From an uncultured Planctomycetales bacterium (GTDB lineage Bacteria; Planctomycetota; MHYJ01; JACPRB01), in NCBI GenBank assembly GCA_964468745.1, contig CAYXVY010000201.1:4584-68583 (forward strand): a stretch of 64,000 bases of DNA, in the 5' to 3' direction. Positions 50,013 through 59,760 of this stretch are shown here, piece by piece. Both the position numbers and the translations under genes were made by a program. The stretch's first letter is position 1. The number at the start of each line of letters is the position of its first letter. A model generated the notes under the pieces. The model ran no database searches, was not told the origin of the DNA, and saw only the letters and a list, made by a program, of their open reading frames with translations.

Positions 50013-50563
50013 CCCGGGTCTGCGTCGCGGTTGCGATCGGTCGTGAGTCGGTCGTTCGGCGTGAAGTCGTGTCGGCGCTCGGCGCCGGCCTCGGCGTCGA
50101 GGATCTGCGCGAGGCGATCCTCCAGACGTATCTCTTCGCCGGATTCCCGCGGGCGATCAACGGCCTGTGGATCCTGCGGGAGGAGGACGGGACGCCGCCC
50201 GCGAAACCACCCCGGCGCCCGACGCTCGCGGCCGGCCGTCGGTTGTGTCGGAAGATCTACGGTAGGGACTATGAGCCGATGCTGCGCAACATGCGCCGTA
50301 TGAGCCCGGACGTCGCCGCGTGGATCATCGAGGAAGGGTACGCCAAAACGTTGTCGCGGCCGCGATTCACGGCGCGCGAGCGCGAGCTCATGATTGTGCC
50401 GACGTTGGTGGCGATGGACGCGTGGCGGCAGCTCCCAAGCCACGTCCTGGGTGCCAGGAACGTGGGGGCGACCGCCGCAGAGCTTGCCCGCGTGGTTCGC
50501 GCGGTGTCGAGTCTGCTGGGTGTAGGACGGGTCCGCAAGGCCGTGGCGTTTCTGGGGAGGTGA
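49985..50563 (+). CDS. carboxymuconolactone decarboxylase (AhpD-like) family protein
   Basis: TARERELMIVPTLVAMDAWRQLPSHV CMD-family helix motif; start uncertain (GTG at 49985 or 50069). Confidence 0.55.
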   Translation: MGAARVEGLARVCVAVAIGRESVVRREVVSALGAGLGVEDLREAILQTYLFAGFPRAINGLWILREEDGTPPAKPPRRPTLAAGRRLCRKIYGRDYEPMLRNMRRMSPDVAAWIIEEGYAKTLSRPRFTARERELMIVPTLVAMDAWRQLPSHVLGARNVGATAAELARVVRAVSSLLGVGRVRKAVAFLGR

Positions 50564-50565
50564 AG

Positions 50566-52185
50566 ATGCGTTTCGTGGCATTGGGCATCCTCGCGCTGGC
50601 GTGCACCGCACAGGATCCGGCACCCGCCGAAGCGGACGCGGTTTACATCAACGGCACGATCTATACGACCGACGGGTCCATCATCGTGTCGGCCCTCGCC
50701 GTCAAGGGCGACCACCTCATGCTCGTCGGCAGCGATACGGAAGTCCGCGCCGTGACGGGCGTCTCGACGAAGGTCACTGATCTCAAGGGCCAGTGCGTGA
50801 CCGCGGGGCTCATCGACGCGCACGGCCACATGTCCGGCTTGGGCAGCTACGCGATGGGACGACTCGACCTCAAGGACGCACGGAGCTTCGACGACGTGCT
50901 CAAGGCCGTGAAGTCGGCGGTCACGAAGGCGAAGCCGGGCGAGTGGATCCTCGGCGGCCGCTGGGATCAGGCCTCGTGGGGACTCAAGGAGCTGCCGACG
51001 CATGAGAAACTCAGCGAGATCACGCCGGACAATCCGGTGTGGCTGGATCGCGTCGACGGCCACGCGGGGCTCGCCAACGCGGGCGCCATGACCGCCGCGG
51101 GCGTACGTCGGGACACGTCCAACCCGCGCGGAGGCGAGATCCTTCGGGACGCGAACGGCGACGCGACGGGAATGTTCATCGATAACGCGACCGGGCTCGT
51201 CGAATCGAAGATCCCGGGCGGCCGGCGGACAGCGAAGGACCTGATCCTCGCCGCGCAGGAGCGCTGCCTGGCCGTCGGTCTGACCGGCGTGCACGACGCA
51301 GGGATCGGCGAGGGGGAGATCGCCGCGTATCGCGAACTCGCCCGCGAGGGGAAGCTGAAAATCCGCATCTACGCGATGCGCGCCGGAATGGGCGACGGCA
51401 AGCCCGAGATCGGCGACCGTTTCACGATGCGAGCGATCAAGCTGATGATCGACGGCGCGATGGGTTCGCGCGGCGCGTGGCTGCTCGAGGACTACGCCGA
51501 CCGCGCAGGCCACCGCGGCCTCCCCGTAACGACATCCGAGCGCATCAGGGATGTCGCGACGTGGGCGCTCGCGAACGGCTGGCAGGTGTGCACGCACGCG
51601 ATCGGAGACCGCGGCATTCGTGAGGTTCTCGACGCGTACGAAGCGTCGCTGAAGGCGAATGCCGTCGAGGATCACCGATTCCGCGTGGAGCACGCGCAGT
51701 GCGCCGAGCTCTCCGACATCCCGCGCTTCGCGAAGCTTGGTGTGCTCCCGTCGATGCAGCAGACGCATTGCACGAGTGACATGCGATGGGCCGAGGCGCG
51801 CGTCGGGCCGGAGCGCGTGAAGGGCGCCTACGCGTGGCGCACGTTCACGAAGGCCGGCTCGCGCATCGCCGGCGGAAGCGATTTCCCCGTCGAAAGCGAG
51901 AACCCGCTCTGGGGAATCTACGCGGGGGTCACGCGGCAGGATCACGACGGCAAGCCGGAGGGCGGATGGCGTCCCGAAGAGCGCCAGACGCGCGGAGAGG
52001 CCCTGCGCTCCTTCACGATCGACGCGGCATACGCAGCGTTCGAGGATCAGCAGAAAGGCGGCCTTGCGAAGGGAAAGCTGGCCGACTTCGTGGTCTGGTC
52101 GACCGATATCGTGAAGTGCCCGCCGCGCGATCTGCTGACGGCCAAGCCGGTGCAGGTGGTGATCGGCGGAAAGATCGAGCGGTAG
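50566..52185 (+). CDS. amidohydrolase family lipoprotein (Amidohydro_3)
   Basis: lipobox LALAC; GLIDAHGH metal-binding motif; VCTHAIGD and C-terminal GSDFPV motifs. Confidence 0.8.
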   Translation: MRFVALGILALACTAQDPAPAEADAVYINGTIYTTDGSIIVSALAVKGDHLMLVGSDTEVRAVTGVSTKVTDLKGQCVTAGLIDAHGHMSGLGSYAMGRLDLKDARSFDDVLKAVKSAVTKAKPGEWILGGRWDQASWGLKELPTHEKLSEITPDNPVWLDRVDGHAGLANAGAMTAAGVRRDTSNPRGGEILRDANGDATGMFIDNATGLVESKIPGGRRTAKDLILAAQERCLAVGLTGVHDAGIGEGEIAAYRELAREGKLKIRIYAMRAGMGDGKPEIGDRFTMRAIKLMIDGAMGSRGAWLLEDYADRAGHRGLPVTTSERIRDVATWALANGWQVCTHAIGDRGIREVLDAYEASLKANAVEDHRFRVEHAQCAELSDIPRFAKLGVLPSMQQTHCTSDMRWAEARVGPERVKGAYAWRTFTKAGSRIAGGSDFPVESENPLWGIYAGVTRQDHDGKPEGGWRPEERQTRGEALRSFTIDAAYAAFEDQQKGGLAKGKLADFVVWSTDIVKCPPRDLLTAKPVQVVIGGKIER

Positions 52186-52202
52186 AATCACGTCTAGGTA
52201 GT

Positions 52203-52970
52203 ATGAGATTCGCTGTCGCGCTCCTGCTCCTCGGTTCGGCCGCGTGGGCCGACGAGGTCACGCTCAAGAACGGCAAGAAGTTCACCGGGATCGCGCGCGA
52301 GCAGGGCGAGACGGTCGTCCTCGAAATGGCGATCGGCACCGTCATGATCCCGAAGGACCAGGTGTCGAACGTGACGTTCGCGGAGACGCCGCTGCACCGC
52401 TTCCACGACGCGCTGAAAGCGTGCGCGAAGGTCGACGAGTTCCTCAAGCTCGCGCGCGCGACGACGATCCCGCGGTTGGCGAACGTCGCGTACGCGAAGA
52501 TCGTCGAGCTTGACGCCGAACACGCCGAAGCCCGGAAGGTGCTCGGGCACGAAAAGGTCGCCGGCGCTTGGACCACGCGGGAGGAGCGGGAGGAGATGGC
52601 GCGCGCGGAGAGGGAAGAGCAGCGTGATAAAGAGATCTTCGCGAAAATCGCGGAGAAGCGCCGCCAACGCGACGAGCTCGCCGCGGTCGAACGAACGTAC
52701 GCGCGACGCGTGGAGCCCGTCGAGGACGACTATGGGCTCGCGTATCCGTGGGGCTACTCGTTCTTCCGCCGCCGGGTGGCGCCGGGGGCCGCGGCGGGCG
52801 TTCCGCTCTGGACGCCGCTGTACTATCCCGAATTCTGCCCGCTCGATCCGTTCTCGTGCCGGAGGCCGGCCGTGGCGACGCGCGAGGCGCTCCCGGGAGT
52901 CGGCTTCAACACGCCGCATCACCAGGCGCTGTACAAGTACTACAGCTACGGCGGCGGCAGGCCGCGGTAG
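52203..52970 (+). CDS. secreted hypothetical protein (tandem paralog 1)
   Basis: signal peptide MRFAVALLLLGSAAWADE; the two tandem paralogs share the N-terminal motif AWADE(V/I)TL(K/R)(N/T)G.K..GIARE. Confidence 0.5.
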   Translation: MRFAVALLLLGSAAWADEVTLKNGKKFTGIAREQGETVVLEMAIGTVMIPKDQVSNVTFAETPLHRFHDALKACAKVDEFLKLARATTIPRLANVAYAKIVELDAEHAEARKVLGHEKVAGAWTTREEREEMARAEREEQRDKEIFAKIAEKRRQRDELAAVERTYARRVEPVEDDYGLAYPWGYSFFRRRVAPGAAAGVPLWTPLYYPEFCPLDPFSCRRPAVATREALPGVGFNTPHHQALYKYYSYGGGRPR

Positions 52971-52998
52971 AATCAAGGCAGCAGACAGGAGACGAACG

Positions 52999-53802
52999 AT
53001 GAGACGTGCACTGGTCGCCGCCCTCGTGGCGCTCGCCGGAACGTCGGCGTGGGCCGACGAGATCACCCTCCGCACCGGAACCAAGATCGTCGGCATCGCG
53101 CGCGAGGAGGCCGGACGCATCATCGTCGAGATGAACCTCGGTACCGTGACCTTCGCGAAGGAGGATGTCGTCTCCGTCACGCCGGGTCGCACCGCGCTGC
53201 ACGACTACAACGACAAGGCCGCAGCCATCAAGGACAGCAAGAGCGCGAAGGACTACGTCGATCTCGCCCGCTGGGCGCGGCAGAACGGGGTCTCCCGGCA
53301 CGTGAAATCGAATCTCGATCAGGCGCTCGCCCTCGACGCGAACAACGAATGGGCGCGCCGCGAGCTCGGCTACACGCTGCACAAGGGCAAGTGGATGACG
53401 CAGGACGAGGTGATGCGCGACCAGGGTTTCGTGAGTTTCGAGGGCCGCTGGATGACGCTGCTCGAGAAGGAGCTCATCGTGAAGCGGCGTCTCGAGGCGG
53501 AATCGTCGCGCCAGGCGGCGGAAGCGCAGAAGCGGGTGCGCAAGGACGCCGAGCGGATCGCGCGCGATCAGGCGATGCAGGAATACTGGGACGACGTCGC
53601 CGAGCGCGATCGCATGCGCCGTACCGCCGTGCAGGGCTACGGCGACTGGCGTCACGGCTGGGGCTACCGCCCGTACGGAGGGCGCTACTACGGCTGGTAC
53701 GGCGACGCGACGGCCGTCTTCGACGTGTACGGGCTGCTCCGCGACCGGGGCCATTTCGGCGGCGCCAAGCCGACGCCTTCGCTGCCGAAGTTCGACAAGT
53801 AG
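52999..53802 (+). CDS. secreted hypothetical protein (tandem paralog 2)
   Basis: signal peptide MRRALVAALVALAGTSAWADE; paralogous N-terminal domain; Trp/Tyr/Gly-rich C-terminus. Confidence 0.5.
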   Translation: MRRALVAALVALAGTSAWADEITLRTGTKIVGIAREEAGRIIVEMNLGTVTFAKEDVVSVTPGRTALHDYNDKAAAIKDSKSAKDYVDLARWARQNGVSRHVKSNLDQALALDANNEWARRELGYTLHKGKWMTQDEVMRDQGFVSFEGRWMTLLEKELIVKRRLEAESSRQAAEAQKRVRKDAERIARDQAMQEYWDDVAERDRMRRTAVQGYGDWRHGWGYRPYGGRYYGWYGDATAVFDVYGLLRDRGHFGGAKPTPSLPKFDK

Positions 53803-53927
53803 GCGCATCGCGCCTGATCCCGATCCCGATCCAAATCCCGATCAGTCGGACGGGCGGATTCGGGATCGACAGGTGCGCGTCAGCGGCCTGATGTTCCTCG
53901 TGAGATCGGGATCGGGGTCGAGATTTC
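53803..53927. repeat. intergenic GGGATY hexamer-repeat element with inverted arms
   Basis: gatcccgatcccgatccaaatcccgatc opposed to gagatcgggatcggggtcgagat; related copies at 28954..28982 and 61341..61368. Confidence 0.55.
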
Positions 53928-54716
53928 CTAGTAGCGGAAGCCGACTTCGAAGAACGCGCCGCTTACCGTCATCATCCCTTCCGCTTTCTCGACGTTCGAG
54001 CGGTCGTCCTCCACCGAGAACACTATCTTGCGGAAGCCGACGCCGAGGAAGAACCCGTTGTAGCCGCCGCGCGCGACGATGGTCATGTCGTAGGCCTTGC
54101 CCGAGACTCCTCCCGCAACGTCGGGGATGATCAGGCCGTCCACCTCGACGGCAACCGACGCGTAGCTCGAGAAATAAAGCTCGCCCGCAAAGCCCAGCGT
54201 CGGGAATCCCCCCTTCAGGTCGGCCCGCTCCGTGAATCCTCCGCCCGTGACTTCGCCTTCGAGCAGGATCGCCTTGGCGCCGAGGCGAGGCCCGAATCGG
54301 ATGTCGACGATCAGCGAGAAGGGCAGCCGGAAGTCGTATTCGTACACGAGGGACGTGACGGACCAGTCGAACGTGCTGTCGACGGCGGTGCCCGCGGTGA
54401 AGGACTGGCCGGCGAATGAGATCGTCTGGTTCAGCGTTGCGTCGCCGCCGAACGTGGCCTTCCAGTGATCGAAGCAGAGGCGGCCGATGAGAGGAATGCT
54501 GACCCACGCTCCGAAGTTGTTGACGCGCTCCTCATCGGAGAGGCCCAGGTCGCCGGCGAGATCCACGTCCGTTCCGTTCACGCCGGCGTCGCTCGCCGAG
54601 AATTCCCCTTCGAACTTAGCGTTCCAGAGTCGGTAGCGTCCGCCGACCCACTGATCCTGCGCCACCGCGGCGGAGGACGCGCACAGCAGCACGACGGCGC
54701 AAGCGACGGTTCGCAT
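53928..54716 (-). CDS. outer-membrane beta-barrel protein
   Basis: signal peptide MRTVACAVVLLCASSAAVA; amphipathic beta-strands; C-terminus FFEVGFRY. Confidence 0.55.
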   Translation of the reverse strand: MRTVACAVVLLCASSAAVAQDQWVGGRYRLWNAKFEGEFSASDAGVNGTDVDLAGDLGLSDEERVNNFGAWVSIPLIGRLCFDHWKATFGGDATLNQTISFAGQSFTAGTAVDSTFDWSVTSLVYEYDFRLPFSLIVDIRFGPRLGAKAILLEGEVTGGGFTERADLKGGFPTLGFAGELYFSSYASVAVEVDGLIIPDVAGGVSGKAYDMTIVARGGYNGFFLGVGFRKIVFSVEDDRSNVEKAEGMMTVSGAFFEVGFRY

Positions 54717-54936
54717 CAGGCTCTCCCTTCCAGAATCCACTCTATATACCGCACTACCAGCGCTTCTGCGCAGCAAGAGTTGTGCCTAAATTGGGGGCGC
54801 AACCCTATGCGCGACAGGCTGTTGCGGTCCGCGTGCCGCGCGCGCGCGCCGTGTCGGCATTCCCGACAACTCCGTGTCCGATTTCCCATCAGCGGCGCCC
54901 TCGTTTTCGGTAAATGGCTATCATCCTGACGGATCG

Positions 54937-55245
54937 ATGAGCGCCTCCTACGAACGAATCTACCGCGCCGTGTGCCGCATCCCGAAGGGGCGCGTCGCCA
55001 CGTACGGTCAGATCGCCGCGGTCGCGGGCATTCCGAAGCAGCCTCGCGCGGTCGGCTACGCCCTCTCCGCGCTGAATGACGATCGCGTCCCGTGGCATCG
55101 CGTGATCAACGCGAAGGGCGAGATCAGTCTTCGGTCGGAGCTGGGCGACGAGCGCGCTCAACGGACGCTGCTGGAGCGCGAAGGGATCGCATTCGACAAG
55201 GCGGGACGAGTCTCGCTGTCGCAATTCCGCTGGCGGTCCCGCTGA
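54937..55245 (+). CDS. alkyltransferase-like (MGMT DNA-binding domain, no active-site Cys) protein
   Basis: YGQIAAVAGIPKQPRAVGYALSAL with PWHRVIN in place of the PCHRV active site. Confidence 0.6.
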   Translation: MSASYERIYRAVCRIPKGRVATYGQIAAVAGIPKQPRAVGYALSALNDDRVPWHRVINAKGEISLRSELGDERAQRTLLEREGIAFDKAGRVSLSQFRWRSR

Positions 55246-55248
55246 CGG

Positions 55249-56712
55249 CTACTTCGCCTCGGGCTGGTACCGCACGATCGGCTCGCGGCTGGCCTTGACC
55301 TCGTTCAGCCGGCGGACCGGCATCGTGTGCGGCGCGTCGAGGAGCTTCTTCGGGTCGGTCTTTGCCTCCCCGAGGATCGCGATCATCGCGTCGGCGAAGC
55401 CGTCGAGCGTCTCGCGGTTCTCGCTCTCGGTCGGCTCGATCATCATGCACTCCGGCACGATGAGCGGGAAGTAGATCGTCGGCGGATGGAATCCGTAGTC
55501 GAGCAGCCGCTTGCCGAAATCGAGCGTGTGCACGCCGAGCTTCTTGAGCGGCGTCCCGTCGATCACGAACTCGTGCATGCACGGCCGGTCGAACGCGATC
55601 TTGAAGTGCCCCTTGAGCCGCGACATCAGGTAGTTCGCGTTGAGCACCGCGTTCTCTGCGTTCGCGCGGATCCCGTCCGGCCCGTGATACCGGATGTACG
55701 TGTAGCAGCGCACGTGCATGCCGACGTTCCCGAAGAACGCCTTCACGCGGCCGATCGACTTGGATCGATTGTAGTCGAGCGCGAACTTCTCCCCCTCGCG
55801 CACGATGCGCGGCACCGGGAGGTAGGGCTCGAGGTGCTTCTTGCAGGCGACGGGGCCCGACCCCGGCCCGCCGCCGCCGTGCGGCGTCGAGAACGTCTTG
55901 TGCAGGTTGAAGTGCTGGACGTCGACCCCGAAATCGCCCGGCCGCGCGATCCCCTGGATCGCGTTCATGTTCGCGCCGTCCATGTACACCTGCGCGCCCG
56001 CCTTGTGGACGATGTCGGCGATGTTCGCGATCTCCTCCTCGAAGAGCCCGAGCGTGCTCGGGTTCGTGATCATGATCGCGGCCGTCTTGTCGGTGATCTT
56101 CTTTTTCAAATCCTCGAGATCCACTCCGCCGCGCTTGTTCGATTTCACGCTCACCGTCTTGAAGCCGGCGAGGGTGCACGTCGCGGGATTCGTCCCGTGC
56201 GCGCTGTCGGGGATCAGCACCTCCGTGCGGTGCCCCTGCTTCTGCTCGACGAGATACGCCTTGATGATCAGGATGCCCGTGAGCTCGCCGTGCGCGCCTG
56301 CCGCCGGTTGGAGCGTGACCGCGTCCATGCCGGAGATCTCCACGAGATAGCGCTGAAGCTCGTGCATCACCTCGAGCGTTCCCTGCACCTGCTCCGCCGG
56401 CTGGTGCGGGTGCACGCGCGCGAACCCCGATAGCGACGCGACCTTCTCGTTGATCTTCGGGTTGTACTTCATCGTGCACGACCCGAGCGGATAGAAGTGC
56501 GTGTCGATCGAGAAGCACTTCTGCGAGAGCCGGACGTAGTGGCGCACGAGCTCGAGCTCCGCGACCTCCGGCAGCGCCGCCGGCTTTTCGCGCAGCAGCT
56601 TCGCCGGGATCATCGAGTCGAGCGGCTGCTTCGGGTCGGGCTGGCCGATGTACCCGCCGTGACGGCCCGGACTGCTTTTCTCGAAGATGAGCCGGTCGTA
56701 GTCGTAGCTCAT
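55249..56712 (-). CDS. gcvPB: glycine dehydrogenase (decarboxylating) subunit 2
   Basis: MSYDYDRLIFEKSSPGR N-terminus, PLP-binding HKTF motif region, 487 aa; ATGA overlap with the gcvPA stop. Confidence 0.92.
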   Translation of the reverse strand: MSYDYDRLIFEKSSPGRHGGYIGQPDPKQPLDSMIPAKLLREKPAALPEVAELELVRHYVRLSQKCFSIDTHFYPLGSCTMKYNPKINEKVASLSGFARVHPHQPAEQVQGTLEVMHELQRYLVEISGMDAVTLQPAAGAHGELTGILIIKAYLVEQKQGHRTEVLIPDSAHGTNPATCTLAGFKTVSVKSNKRGGVDLEDLKKKITDKTAAIMITNPSTLGLFEEEIANIADIVHKAGAQVYMDGANMNAIQGIARPGDFGVDVQHFNLHKTFSTPHGGGGPGSGPVACKKHLEPYLPVPRIVREGEKFALDYNRSKSIGRVKAFFGNVGMHVRCYTYIRYHGPDGIRANAENAVLNANYLMSRLKGHFKIAFDRPCMHEFVIDGTPLKKLGVHTLDFGKRLLDYGFHPPTIYFPLIVPECMMIEPTESENRETLDGFADAMIAILGEAKTDPKKLLDAPHTMPVRRLNEVKASREPIVRYQPEAK

Positions 56713-58058
56713 GAGTGCACCGCCTCGGCCAGCGCCTGCGCGAACCGGTCGATGTCGTGCGGCGTGTTCTTCTCCGTCGCGCACAGGAGCACCGCGCGAC
56801 GCAGGTCGTGATACCAGTGTGAGACGGGCAGGCCGCCGATGAATCCCGCCTGGGCGAGCTTTCGATTGACGACCTCGGCTTCCGCGGGCATCTCGACGAC
56901 GAACTCGTGGAAGAACGGCGCCGCATGCGGCCGTTTGACGCCGCGGATCTGCGTCACGGCCTTCTCGAGCGCATGCGCCCGCTGGGCGCAGATCGTCGCG
57001 ACGTTCCGCACGCCCGACGCGCCGAGAGCGGACATCGTCATGGTCGCGCGAAGCGCCATCAATGCCTGGTTCGTGCAGATGTTGCTCGACGCCTTCTCGC
57101 GGCGGATGTGCTGCTCGCGCGTCTGGAGCGTGAGGCACCACGCGCGCTTTCCGTTCGCGTCGACCGTCTGGCCGCTGATCCGGCCGGGCATCTGGCGGAT
57201 GTACTTCATCTTCGCCGCCATGAAGCCGCACCACGGACCGCCGTACGAGAGCTCGATGCCGAACGGCTGCGCGTCCCCCACCGCGACGTCGAAGTCGCAG
57301 GCGCCAGGCGGCTTGAGCACGGCCAGGGAGATCGGATTCACGCTCGCGATCGCCAGCGAGCCGCCCGAATGCGCGGCTTTCGCGATCTCGTCCAGGTCTT
57401 CGATGTTCCCGTAAAAGTTCGGATTCTGGACGATGACGCCGGCGGCGCCCTCCGAGACGGTTCGCACCGACGCCGCGCTCGTCAAGCCGTCGAACGTCCC
57501 GATCTCGATGATGTCGACGCCGAGTTGCTTGAACTGCGTGCGCAACACCTCGCGGTACTGTGGATTGACGGCAGCCGATACCGCGATGCGGCGACGGCCC
57601 TTCTCGTCGATATCGAGCGCGAGCGCCGCGGCCTCGGCAAGCGCGGTCGAACCGTCGTAGTGCGACGCGTTCGCGACGTCGAGCCCCGTCAGTTCGCAGA
57701 TCATCGTCTGGTACTCGAAGATTGCCTGCAGCGTCCCTTGGCTCGCCTCAGCCTGGTACGGCGTGTACGACGTCACCCATTCGCCGCGCAGGCCCACCTG
57801 TTCGATCGCGGCCGGGATGAAGTGCGAGTATCCGCCGCCCCCGAGGAAGGCCGTGTGCGAGTCGGTCGTGATGTTCTTGGCGGCGAGCGCCGACATGTGC
57901 GCCAGCAGGTCCTGCTCCGGCAGGGAAGGGGGCAGGTCGAGCGGCCGCTTGAGGCGGAGCGCTGCGGGAATCTGTGCGAAGAAGTCGTCCGTCGATTTCG
58001 CGCCGCACGCCTTCAGCATCGCCTGCCGTTCGGCGTCGGTGTTTTGGATGTAGTCCAT
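56709..58058 (-). CDS. gcvPA: glycine dehydrogenase (decarboxylating) subunit 1
   Basis: typical GcvPA sequence (TSYTPYQAEASQGTLQAIFEYQTMICELTG). Confidence 0.92.
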   Translation of the reverse strand: MDYIQNTDAERQAMLKACGAKSTDDFFAQIPAALRLKRPLDLPPSLPEQDLLAHMSALAAKNITTDSHTAFLGGGGYSHFIPAAIEQVGLRGEWVTSYTPYQAEASQGTLQAIFEYQTMICELTGLDVANASHYDGSTALAEAAALALDIDEKGRRRIAVSAAVNPQYREVLRTQFKQLGVDIIEIGTFDGLTSAASVRTVSEGAAGVIVQNPNFYGNIEDLDEIAKAAHSGGSLAIASVNPISLAVLKPPGACDFDVAVGDAQPFGIELSYGGPWCGFMAAKMKYIRQMPGRISGQTVDANGKRAWCLTLQTREQHIRREKASSNICTNQALMALRATMTMSALGASGVRNVATICAQRAHALEKAVTQIRGVKRPHAAPFFHEFVVEMPAEAEVVNRKLAQAGFIGGLPVSHWYHDLRRAVLLCATEKNTPHDIDRFAQALAEAVHS

Positions 58059-58113
58059 TCAGTCCCTGGTCCTTAGTCCTTGGTTCTTAGTCGCGCTCGG
58101 GGTCCCCAAGGGA

Positions 58114-58563
58114 CTACACGAAATCGTCGTCGTCCGGATCGCCGTCTTCCTTCTCGCCGCCCTTCTCCCCCTCCTCGGACGACGCGATGAACTCCTTGTA
58201 CTCCTTGGCGGTCATGAGCGCTTCGCCTTCGGCGGCATCGCTGACCTTCACCTTGACGATCCAGCCGTCGTCGAACGGGCTGTCCTTCAGGATGTCGAGG
58301 TTTTCGACGAGCTTCTCGTTCACCGCGGTCACCTTCCCGGTGACGGGGGAAACGAGATCGGCGACGGTCTTGACCGACTCGATCTCGCCGAACGCCGCGC
58401 CCTGCTCCACGGAGTCGCCGACCTTCGGCAGCTCGATGTGAACCAGGTCGCTCAGCTGGTGCACGGCGTAGTCGGTGATGCCGATCGCCGTCTCACCCTT
58501 CTTGTTCGTGCGAACCCACTCATGCGTTTCCGCGTACTTCGCATCTTCCGGCCGAGCAGCCAT
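58114..58563 (-). CDS. gcvH: glycine cleavage system H protein
   Basis: lipoyl-lysine motif ESVKTVAD; start at MAARPEDAKYAETHEWV; unusually long acidic C-terminal tail. Confidence 0.88.
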   Translation of the reverse strand: MAARPEDAKYAETHEWVRTNKKGETAIGITDYAVHQLSDLVHIELPKVGDSVEQGAAFGEIESVKTVADLVSPVTGKVTAVNEKLVENLDILKDSPFDDGWIVKVKVSDAAEGEALMTAKEYKEFIASSEEGEKGGEKEDGDPDDDDFV

Positions 58564-58621
58564 GCGTCGATTCTCCCTGTTGATCGAGCGTAAATAATCG
58601 GGGCCGCGAGCCCCTGTCAAG

Positions 58622-59704
58622 TCATTTGGCCCTTTTGTAGAAGGGCATCGGGACGATCGTGGCCTTCTCCCGCTTGCCGCGGACGTCGATTTCCACAGCC
58701 CCCGTCGCATGCTGCGGCTTGACGTAACCCATCCCGATCGGCTTGTCGAATGTCGGAGACCACGTGCCGCTCGTCACGACGCCGGTCTTCACGCCTCCCG
58801 AGTACAGGTCCATGCCCGTGCGCGGGACGCGCTTGCCGTCCACGTGGAGGCCGACCAGCTTTTTGGTGGCGCCGCCCTTCTTCTGTGCGTCGATTACGGC
58901 GCGTCCGACGTACTCCACCTTGTCCGACAGCGCGAAGTTTAGGCCAGCCTCGACGGGCGTCGTCTGGTCGTCGAGGTCGTTTCCGTATAGAGGCATCGAC
59001 GCCTCCGTGCGCAGGGTGTCGCGTGCGCCGAGGCCGATGGGGAGGATGCCGAGGGGCTTGCCCTTCGCGAGGAGCGCGTCCCAGACGGCGTGCGCCTTGT
59101 CGTTCTGAATGTAGATCTCGAATCCGTCCTCGCCCGTGTAACCGGTGCGCGAGACGAGCGTCCTCGCGCCGAGGACGCTGAAATAGTCCATCGTGTAGTA
59201 CTTGAGCATCGACGGATCGAAATCGAGCGCCGCCTTGATGGCGTCGATGGATTTCGGACCCTGGACGGCGACGAGCGCGACCTTCGACGTCTGGTCGTCG
59301 ATCTTCACGTTGAGGCCGGTTGCATGCTTCTGCATCCACTCCAGGTCCTTCTCGCGGTTCGAGGCGTTGACCACGAGGAAGAAGCGGTCGGTCGACGTGT
59401 CTTCGGAGCAGATCAAGTCGTCGATCACCGTGCCCTTCTCGGTGAGAAGGAATGTGTACTTGCAACGGCCGCTCGGCATCGAGCCGACGTCGATCGTGAC
59501 GATCTTCTGGAGGTACTTCTTGCGGTCGGGGCCACCGACCCAGACGCGCCCCATGTGAGAGAGGTCGAAGAGGCCGACGGCGGTGCGGACGGCCTTGTGC
59601 TCGTCGATGATGCCGGAGTACTTGATCGGCATGTCCCAGCCGTGAAAGTCCACGATCTGGGCGCCGAGCTTGACGTGCGCGTCGTACAGGACAGTGCGAG
59701 CCAA
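58622..59704 (-). CDS. gcvT: glycine cleavage system aminomethyltransferase T
   Basis: typical GcvT sequence (LFDLSHMG, GYTGEDGFEI). Confidence 0.92.
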   Translation of the reverse strand: MARTVLYDAHVKLGAQIVDFHGWDMPIKYSGIIDEHKAVRTAVGLFDLSHMGRVWVGGPDRKKYLQKIVTIDVGSMPSGRCKYTFLLTEKGTVIDDLICSEDTSTDRFFLVVNASNREKDLEWMQKHATGLNVKIDDQTSKVALVAVQGPKSIDAIKAALDFDPSMLKYYTMDYFSVLGARTLVSRTGYTGEDGFEIYIQNDKAHAVWDALLAKGKPLGILPIGLGARDTLRTEASMPLYGNDLDDQTTPVEAGLNFALSDKVEYVGRAVIDAQKKGGATKKLVGLHVDGKRVPRTGMDLYSGGVKTGVVTSGTWSPTFDKPIGMGYVKPQHATGAVEIDVRGKREKATIVPMPFYKRAK

Positions 59705-59760
59705 GAGAGCCTCCCCCGGTTAAGAGGAGGGAAGTCTATCAAACGCCCGCGGCGCCGTCG

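Noticed and set aside
55249-57234. 661-aa ORF called as one protein
   Set aside because: Only the C-terminal 487 aa is GcvPB, starting at MSYDYD at 56712. The N-terminal extension overlaps gcvPA out of frame and is not coding.
59705-59760. Possible glycine riboswitch upstream of gcvT
   Set aside because: The intergenic space is about 56 nt, too short for a glycine aptamer pair; no conserved aptamer motifs were seen.
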